A stretch of 18,585 nt of DNA, from assembly GCA_044220955.1 (NCBI GenBank), contig JBGAQA010000015.1, forward strand, positions 87,194 through 105,778. The letters run 5' to 3'. Of the stretch, positions 9,062-15,859 are shown in pieces. A program made the position numbers and the translations under genes. Position 1 is the first letter of the stretch. The number at the start of each line of letters is the position of its first letter. The notes beneath the pieces were generated by a model. That model made no database searches and was not told the DNA's origin. It worked only from the letters and a program-made list of their open reading frames with translations. Origin of the DNA: Sandaracinaceae bacterium. Its GTDB lineage: Bacteria; Myxococcota_A; Polyangia; Polyangiales; Sandaracinaceae.

Positions 9062-10350
9062 CACGAACCTCCCACGGCCTCGCCGACCGCCGCCGGACCT
9101 CTCGGATCCGGCTGCGCGTCGATCGCCCTCGGCGCGCGTGGCTTCTGCGAGACTGCTCTCGACTGCCCCGGTTCTTCGGCCTTGCGCGCCTCGCCGCGAG
9201 GCGAGGGCACGCACTGCCGGGAGACGTTGAGGATCACCCCGATCGCCGCCGCATCGACGACGAGCGCGGAGCCCCCGTAAGAAAGGAACGGAAGCACGAG
9301 CCCCTTGGTGGGCAGAAGGCCCATCGCCACCGCGAGGTTCGTGAAGGCAGAGAGGCCGAGGAGCAGCGTCGCTCCGGCGGCGAGGTAGGTGCCGTACTCG
9401 TCGGGCGCGTTCCACGCGATGCGCAGGCCGCGCACGACCAGGATCGCGAAGGCGCCCGTGACGATCACCATGCCGACGAAGCCGAGCTCCTCGCCGATGA
9501 TCGCGCTGATGAAGTCGGTGTGCGCCTCGGGGAGGAAGAAGAGCTTCTGCCGGCTGTCGCCGATGCCGACGCCGCCGAGCCCTCCGGAGCCGAACGCGAG
9601 CATCGACTCGACGATCTGGTAGCCGCTCCCGGCGCGATGCGCGAACGGATCGAGGAAGGCCTCGATGCGCGCGCGCCGCCAGGGCGAGAGCGCGATCGCC
9701 GCGCCGGCGGCGAGCGCGAGGCCGAGCACCGTGCCCAGGATCGGCCCGAGGCGTGCGCCGGCGAGGAAGAGCATGAGGAACGTGACCAGGCCGATCATCA
9801 CGGCGCTGCCGAGATCCGGCTGGATGATGCAGAAGAGCGCGAAGAGGCTCATCACGATCAGGTGGGGCAGCACGCCGATCTTGAAGGTCCGCATCTGCTC
9901 GGCCTTCTTCGAGAGCGAGTACGCGAGGAACAGGACGATCGTCAGCTTGGCGACCTCGGCGGCCTGGATGTCGACCGGGCCGATACGGATCCACCGCGTC
10001 GCGCCGCCTGCGGTCCGGCCGACGAGCATCGTCGCGACGAAGAGCACGAGCGTCGCGGCCACCGCCGGGTACGTCAGGGGGCGCAGGCGGTGGTAGTCGA
10101 CGCGCGAGACGCCGAGCATCGTGACGAGCCCCACGAGCGCGAACACGGCCTGGCGCACGAGGAACCGGTGCCCGTCGTGGTACGTCTGCGACGCGAACAC
10201 GGCGCTCGCCGAGAACACCATCACGACGCCGAACGCCATCAGCGCCATCGCGAGCCCGACGAGCACCGGATCGACCGGACCGAGCGGCGCCCGCACGGGA
10301 GCCGGCGCCGGCGGCACCGTGGAGCGGCGGAGGAACGACAGGACGCTCAT
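9061..10350 (-). CDS. ftsW: SEDS peptidoglycan polymerase FtsW
   Basis: Own ATG at 10350 with GGAGG 9 nt upstream (10360-10364). Motifs GVVMVFSAS, GGATRWIRIG, QAAEVAKL, QPDLGS, GYQIVES, LPEAHTDFI, GEELG, LPTKGLVLPFLSYGGS; 429 aa. Confidence 0.95.
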   Translation of the reverse strand: MSVLSFLRRSTVPPAPAPVRAPLGPVDPVLVGLAMALMAFGVVMVFSASAVFASQTYHDGHRFLVRQAVFALVGLVTMLGVSRVDYHRLRPLTYPAVAATLVLFVATMLVGRTAGGATRWIRIGPVDIQAAEVAKLTIVLFLAYSLSKKAEQMRTFKIGVLPHLIVMSLFALFCIIQPDLGSAVMIGLVTFLMLFLAGARLGPILGTVLGLALAAGAAIALSPWRRARIEAFLDPFAHRAGSGYQIVESMLAFGSGGLGGVGIGDSRQKLFFLPEAHTDFISAIIGEELGFVGMVIVTGAFAILVVRGLRIAWNAPDEYGTYLAAGATLLLGLSAFTNLAVAMGLLPTKGLVLPFLSYGGSALVVDAAAIGVILNVSRQCVPSPRGEARKAEEPGQSRAVSQKPRAPRAIDAQPDPRGPAAVGEAVGGS

Positions 10351-10379
10351 GACGACGGGCCTCCGGACGATCGGATCAT
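10347..10379 (-). other. 10-aa bridging mini-ORF MIRSSGGPSS between the inferred native murD stop and ftsW
   Basis: ATG ATC CGA TCG TCC GGA GGC CCG TCG TCA TGA, with ATGA overlaps at both ends. Shares TCGTCCGGAGG with the ftsW/murG spacer. Confidence 0.5.
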
Positions 10380-11649
10380 CGCGCACCTCGCGACTCGGGG
10401 AGCGCACGCACCGCGCGCGCGCCTTGGCGGCGGCGTCGTCGATCGTCGTCGCGTCGATCAGGGGGAGCAGAGACCCCTCGAACGCGCGCCGGATGATGGG
10501 CGTGGCCTCGCCGATCAGCACGATCGCGCGCCCGGCCCTCTCCATCCGCTCGCGCATCGGGCCGTACGAGCCCTGCTTGTCCACGCCGCCGGCGACCAGC
10601 ACGACCTTGCCCGGCAGGTCGGCCAGACCATCGAGCGCCGCGCACGTCGCGCCCACGTTCGTGGCCTTGCTGTCGTCGTAGTACGCGACCCCGTCGAGGT
10701 CGCGCACGTGCACCATGCGGTGCGGCAGGCCCGCGAACGCGCGCAGGACCCGGGCGATCACGTCCTTCTCGACGCCGACCAGGCGCGCCGCGAGCGCGGC
10801 CGCACACGCGTTCGACTGGTTGTGCAGGCCCCGGATCTTCAGCTCCGCCACCGGGACGCGCAGGCCCGAGACGCGATCCTCGAGGACCCCGTCGACCACG
10901 CGGACCTCGCCCTCCGCTCCCCAGAACGTGTGGGCGTGGCCGGCGCCGGCCCGCGCGAGCGAGAGGCAGAGCGCGTCGCCCTCGGGGACGAGCGCGTGAT
11001 CGGCCCGCTGCTGCGGATGGAAGATGCGCCCCTTCGCGGCGGCGTAGGACGCGAAGCTGCCGTGACGGTCGAGGTGGTCGTCCGTGACGTTGAGGAGCAG
11101 GGCCACGTTGCAGCGGAGCGACTCGATGTCCTCGAGCTGGAAGCTGGAGAGCTCCGCCACCACGAGGCCGTCGGGCCCCGCGGCCGGCGAGAACGCGGCG
11201 TTGGAGAGCGCATCGCCGAGGTTGCCGCCGACGAAGGTCGGCCGGCCGCTCGCCGCGCACATGTCGCCGACGAGGGTGGTCACGGTGCTCTTGCCGTTCG
11301 AGCCGGTGACGCCGACGAGCGTGCCCCGCAGCGACCAGCTCGCGAGCTCGACCTCGGGGACGACCGGAACGAACCTGGCGCGCGCGGCCTCGACGGCCGG
11401 CAACCGCGGTACGCCGGGGGAGAGCACGACGAGGTCGGCCGCCGTGAAGAGCGCCTCGGGGTGTCCCCCGAGCGAGACGTCGGCCCCGAGCGCGCGCGCC
11501 TCCGCCACCGCGCCGCCGAGCTCGGCCTCGGTCTTCTTGTCGTTGATCGTGACGCGCGCACCCTCGCGGATCGCGAGCCGCGCCGCCGCGAGGCCGCTCT
11601 TGCCCAGGCCCACGATCACCACGCGCGCGTCCTTCAGCGGGATGGCCAT
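10376..11649 (-). CDS. murD: UDP-MurNAc-L-Ala:D-Glu ligase, with a frameshifting deletion near the 3' end (~10412-10422)
   Basis: VVIVGLGKSG, VLSPGVP, GVTGSNGKSTVT, GGNLG, AELSSFQLE, LNVTDDHLDRH, GLHNQSN, GLPHRM, DDSKATNV, AGGVDK. The conserved C-terminal LSPAxxSFD motif is absent, and a plausible native end AVRALPESRGAR* sits in another frame ending at 10376. Confidence 0.92.
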
Positions 11650-11653
11650 GGCG

Positions 11654-12808
11654 TCACCGCAGCTTCAGCGTCGCGAGGCTCGCGAGCGCCAGCATGATGG
11701 AGATGATCCAGAAGCGGACGATGACCTTCGGCTCGGGCCAGCCGCGCTTCTCGAAGTGGTGGTGGATCGGCGCCATCAGGAAGATGCGCTTGCCGAAGAG
11801 CCGGAAGCTCGCCACCTGGGCGATGACGCTGACCCCCTCGACGACGAAGATGCCGCCGAGCAGGATGCTCAGGAGCTCGTTCTTCGTGAGCACGGCGAGC
11901 ATCCCGATGCCGCCGCCGAGCGCGAGCGCGCCCACGTCGCCCATGAAGACCTGCGCGGGGTAGGTGTTGTACCAGAGGAATCCGAACCCGGCGCCGAGGA
12001 TGGCGCCGCAGAACACGCTGAGCTCCGAGGCACTGCCGAGGGCCGGGATGCGCAGGTACTCGGCGACCGACGCGCCGAAGAGCACGAGGCCCGTCATGTA
12101 CGCGAGCACCGCGTACACGCCGGCGTTGATCATCACGGGGCCGATCGCGAGGCCGTCGAGCCCGTCGGTGAGGTTCACGCAGTTGCTCGTCGCGACGAGC
12201 ACGATCGAGGCGAAGATCACGTAGAGCCAGGGGGGCAGCACGGCGGCGTAGTGCGCCGGCGTCAGGACGTCCGGGTAGTGCTCGGCGCGGAACGCGACGA
12301 AGGGGACGGCGAGGTGGTTCCGCAGCGCGATCCAGTCGTGGCCGAGGCCCGCCTGCCCGTACCAGAGGTAGCCGCAGACCGCGAACGCCACGCTGAACTG
12401 GATCAGGAGCTTGTAGCGACCGGCGAGCCCGCCCGTGTCCTTCTTGGTGATCTTGAGGGCGTCGTCGACATAGCCGACGACCCCGTAGGCGACCGTGACG
12501 AGCAGCGTCAGCCACACGCTCGTCGACGTCGGGTCGGCCCACGCGACGGTCGAGACGACGAGCGCGAAGAGGATCAGGGCCCCGCCCATCGTGGGCGTGC
12601 CCGCCTTGCTGAGGTGCGACGCGGGCCCCTCCTTGCGCACGACCTGTCCGACCTGCCGCCGCTGCAGTCGCCGGATGAACCAGGGATAGAGGCCGAACGT
12701 CACGGCCATGGCCGTGAGCGTCGCGGCGAGCACACGGAACGGCACGTAGCGCAGCACGTTGAGGAAGTTCAGGCGCGGCGCGTACGGGTAGAGGAGCGCG
12801 TAGATCAT
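11654..12808 (-). CDS. mraY: Phospho-MurNAc-pentapeptide translocase
   Basis: KAGTPTMGG, GYVDDALK, SNCVNLTDGLDGLA, FLWYNTYPAQVFMGDVG, MAPIHHHFE, EPKVIVRFWII, TLKLR. Confidence 0.98.
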   Translation of the reverse strand: MIYALLYPYAPRLNFLNVLRYVPFRVLAATLTAMAVTFGLYPWFIRRLQRRQVGQVVRKEGPASHLSKAGTPTMGGALILFALVVSTVAWADPTSTSVWLTLLVTVAYGVVGYVDDALKITKKDTGGLAGRYKLLIQFSVAFAVCGYLWYGQAGLGHDWIALRNHLAVPFVAFRAEHYPDVLTPAHYAAVLPPWLYVIFASIVLVATSNCVNLTDGLDGLAIGPVMINAGVYAVLAYMTGLVLFGASVAEYLRIPALGSASELSVFCGAILGAGFGFLWYNTYPAQVFMGDVGALALGGGIGMLAVLTKNELLSILLGGIFVVEGVSVIAQVASFRLFGKRIFLMAPIHHHFEKRGWPEPKVIVRFWIISIMLALASLATLKLR

Positions 12809-12906
12809 CGGCTCGCCCCTCCGCGCCCTTCCGTCCGCGCGCGCCGCGCGCTCCCATCCGGACGCAAAGGAGCGAGCTCTCCCGTCGTGAGCCGCGCGTC
12901 GATCAT
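12805..12906 (-). other. Intergenic repeat element with a 33-aa bridging mini-ORF (MIDARLTTGELAPLRPDGSARRARTEGRGGASR)
   Basis: ATG 2 nt after the murF TAG, behind AAAGAGG; TGA overlaps the mraY ATG. Flanked by a 14/15-nt direct repeat. 31/37 nt identical to part of the ftsW/murG spacer. Confidence 0.7.
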
Positions 12907-12908
12907 CG

Positions 12909-14381
12909 CTACGCGGCCTCTTTCCGGGCCACGAGGGCCTCGACCACGCGCTCCATGCGCATGCCGCGCGAGCCCTTCACCACGACGACGTCGCCCTCGA
13001 TGAGGAAGCGGTCGACCTCGCAGACGGCGTCCATCGGATCGTCGACCTCGATCACGAGGTCGGCGCCCATCTCGCGCGCCTCTTGCGCGGCCGCGCGCAT
13101 GCGCCGGCCGCAGGCGACGAAGAGCGAGACGCCCGCGAGCGCGACGTGCTCGCCGACCAGCGCGTGCAGCTCGGTCTCGAGCGCGCCGAGCTCGAGCATG
13201 TCGCCCAGCACCGCCACCAGCCGCCCGTTGGTGGTGCGCGCGATCTCGGTCGCGGTGTCGATCGCGTTGATCACCGAGCGCGGCGAGGCGTTGTACGAGT
13301 CGTCGACGATCACCGTGCCCCCCGGGCCCGCGAGCGGACAGAGCCGACCCGGCTCGGGACGCAGGAACCTCAGCGCCTCGGCGGCCGGCTCGAGACCGTC
13401 CAGCCCCCGCGTCGCGAGGGCCAGCGCGAGCGCAGCGCCCGCGTTCTTGGCGGCGCCGGCCCCGAGCAGCGCGAGCTCGACCACGAGGTCGGAGGCGCGC
13501 CCGTCGATCCGGTAGGTGACGCGCTGGCCCGAGGCCGCGGCGCTTCGCGACACCAGCCGCACGGCGGCGTCGACGTCTCGCCCGAACCCGAGCTTTCGGC
13601 GCGCGCGCGAGCCCGCCACGTAGGGCCCGAGGCGCGGCTCGTCGGCGTCGTAGATCGCCGTGCCCGTCTCGGGGAGCGAGGTCAGCAGCGCCCCCTTCTC
13701 CCGCGCGACGCCGTCGATCGAGCCGACTCCCTCGGTGTGGACCGCCGCGACGCTCGTCACGATCCCCACGTCCGGCCGCGCGATCGCGCAGAGCTTCGCG
13801 ATCTCGCCGGGCACGTTCATGCCCATCTCCACGACCGCGAAGGTCGTGCGCGCCGGATCGATCGTGAGCAGCGTGCGCGGTACGCCGACGAGGTTGTTGA
13901 GGTTGCCCTCGGTGGCGACGACGACGTCGCGCCACGGCGGGGCGCGGAGGACCGCAGCGCACATCTCCTTGGTGCTCGTCTTGCCGACCGATCCGGTGAT
14001 CCCCACCAGGGCGGCGAGACCGCCGCCCCCAGGGCCGCCCGGGCGCGCCCGCTCGCGCGCGAACGTGCCGAGGCGTCCGAGCGCGGCGAGCGTGTCCTCG
14101 ACGAGGACCACGCCGACGGCCTGCGGCACCGCGACCTCGCGGCTCACCACGACGATGCCCGCCCCGCGCACCACGACGTCGGCGACGAACTCGTGCGCAT
14201 CGCGCTTCTCGCCGACGAGCGCGACGAACACGTCGCCGACGTACACCTCGCGCGAGTCCGTGCAGACGCAGCGAGGAGCGGCGCTCGAACGCCCCGCCTG
14301 CACGACGGTGCCACCGACGATGCCCGCGAGCGCCTCGGCGTCGCGGAGAGAGACGCTGTTTCTCGGCAGTGGTGTCGCCAT
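12909..14381 (-). CDS. murF: UDP-MurNAc-tripeptide:D-Ala-D-Ala ligase
   Basis: ATG at 14381 overlaps the murE stop (TGATG). Motifs TDSREV, DVFVALVGEKRDAHEF, GITGSVGKTSTKE, GNLNNLVGVP, VEMGMN, HTEG, DDSYNASP, LGDMLELG, VKGSRGMRME; 490 aa. Confidence 0.97.
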   Translation of the reverse strand: MATPLPRNSVSLRDAEALAGIVGGTVVQAGRSSAAPRCVCTDSREVYVGDVFVALVGEKRDAHEFVADVVVRGAGIVVVSREVAVPQAVGVVLVEDTLAALGRLGTFARERARPGGPGGGGLAALVGITGSVGKTSTKEMCAAVLRAPPWRDVVVATEGNLNNLVGVPRTLLTIDPARTTFAVVEMGMNVPGEIAKLCAIARPDVGIVTSVAAVHTEGVGSIDGVAREKGALLTSLPETGTAIYDADEPRLGPYVAGSRARRKLGFGRDVDAAVRLVSRSAAASGQRVTYRIDGRASDLVVELALLGAGAAKNAGAALALALATRGLDGLEPAAEALRFLRPEPGRLCPLAGPGGTVIVDDSYNASPRSVINAIDTATEIARTTNGRLVAVLGDMLELGALETELHALVGEHVALAGVSLFVACGRRMRAAAQEAREMGADLVIEVDDPMDAVCEVDRFLIEGDVVVVKGSRGMRMERVVEALVARKEAA

Positions 14382-15859
14382 CAGCTCGCCCCCCCGGCTG
14401 CGCGCGCGATCGCCGCGCGCGCCTCCTCGCGATCGTCGAAGTGGATCTTGGTCGTCCCGAGGATCTGGTAGTCCTCGTGACCCTTGCCGGCGATGAGCAC
14501 CGTGTCCCCCGCTCGCGCGCGCGAGAGCGCGAGGCCGATGGCCGCACGCCGGTCCACCTCCACCAGCGACTCCTTCGCGGAGCCGACGCCGGGCAGGATC
14601 ATGTCGACGATCGACCGCGGATCCTCCGTCCGCGGATTGTCGCTCGTCACGATGCACACGTCGGCACGCCTCGCCGCGGCCTCGCCCATGAGCGGCCGCT
14701 TCGCGCGGTCACGATCGCCGCCGCAGCCGAACACGACGAAGAGCCGCCCCGGCGTGATCGGCCGCAGCGCATCCAGCGCCTTCGCGACCGCGTCGGGCGT
14801 GTGCGCGTAGTCGACGAACACGGCGACGTCCCGCGGGTCGTCGACCCGCTCGAGCCGGCCGGGCGCGCCCCGGACCTCGGAGAGGGCGGCTTCGATCTCG
14901 CGCGCGCTCGCCCCGATCGCGCGCAGGATCCCGGCGGCGAGCAGCAGGTTGTCGAGGTTGTGCGCGCCGACCATCGGGCTCGTCAGGGCCATCGGCGGCT
15001 GGCCTTCCTGCGCGATCGAGGCCCGCAGCCCCGCGCGCGACATCGTCCACTCGGTCACGCGGAGCCCGGCGTCGGGGCTCGTCCGGCCGACGGTGAGCAC
15101 GCGCGTGACGCCGCGGTCGATCCGCGCGGCGATCGCGGCGCCCGCCGGATCGTCGACGTTGATCACGGCGTTCCTCGGCCGCAGGGCGACGAAGAGCCGC
15201 TCCTTGGCCTGCCGGTAGGCGTCCATCGTGCCGTGGAAGTCGAGGTGATCCTGCGTGAGGTTCGTGAACGCGGCGACCTCGAACCGGATCCCGTCCGCCC
15301 GGAAGAGCGCGAGCGCGTGGCTCGAGACCTCCATCACGAAGTGCGTCGCGCCGGCCTGGACCATGCGGTCGGCGAAGCGCGCGAGGTCGTCCGCCTCCGG
15401 CGTCGTGAACGCGCTCGGCGCGCTGAACCCCGGACCGCGCGTCTCGACCGTCCCGACGAGCGCGGGCCGCGCGCCCCGCGCTCGCAGCGCCTCGTCGACG
15501 ATCCAGGTGGTGGTCGTCTTGCCGTTCGTGCCCGTCACGCCGATCGACGTCAGGCGCGCCGTCGGATCGCCGTGGACGGCGTGTGCCGCGAGCGCGAGCG
15601 CCCGGCGCGCGTCGTCGACGCGGAGCGTCGGGACGGCGACGTCGAGGTCCGCCTCGGCGGCGACCGCGGCCGCGCCGCGCGCGATCGCGTCCGCCACGAA
15701 CCTCGCACCGTCGAGCTTCTCGCCCGGGATCGCGACGAAGAGGTCCCCCGGCACGACCTGCCGGGAGTCGTGGCGCACGTCGCGCACGAGGGTGGAGCCG
15801 TCTCCCCGCAGGGAGCGCGCGATCCCGCGCTCCACGAGCGCGCCGAGGGCGAGCGTCAC
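14381..15859 (-). CDS. murE: UDP-MurNAc-L-Ala-D-Glu:meso-diaminopimelate ligase
   Basis: DSRQVVPGDLFVAIPG, GVTGTNGKTTT, TTPEA, MEVSSHAL, FTNLTQDHLDFH, VDYAHTPD, FGCGGDRD, TSDNPR (the DNPR motif typical of mDAP-adding enzymes), AGKGHEDYQ. Confidence 0.98.
   Translation of the reverse strand: MTLALGALVERGIARSLRGDGSTLVRDVRHDSRQVVPGDLFVAIPGEKLDGARFVADAIARGAAAVAAEADLDVAVPTLRVDDARRALALAAHAVHGDPTARLTSIGVTGTNGKTTTTWIVDEALRARGARPALVGTVETRGPGFSAPSAFTTPEADDLARFADRMVQAGATHFVMEVSSHALALFRADGIRFEVAAFTNLTQDHLDFHGTMDAYRQAKERLFVALRPRNAVINVDDPAGAAIAARIDRGVTRVLTVGRTSPDAGLRVTEWTMSRAGLRASIAQEGQPPMALTSPMVGAHNLDNLLLAAGILRAIGASAREIEAALSEVRGAPGRLERVDDPRDVAVFVDYAHTPDAVAKALDALRPITPGRLFVVFGCGGDRDRAKRPLMGEAAARRADVCIVTSDNPRTEDPRSIVDMILPGVGSAKESLVEVDRRAAIGLALSRARAGDTVLIAGKGHEDYQILGTTKIHFDDREEARAAIARAAGGAS

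Noticed and set aside
9061..11649. 862-aa MurD-FtsW as a genuine fusion protein
   Set aside because: MurD lacks its conserved C-terminal motif, a native-looking end lies in another frame, and ftsW keeps its own GGAGG and ATG. A deletion is more parsimonious; kept as a finding to check.
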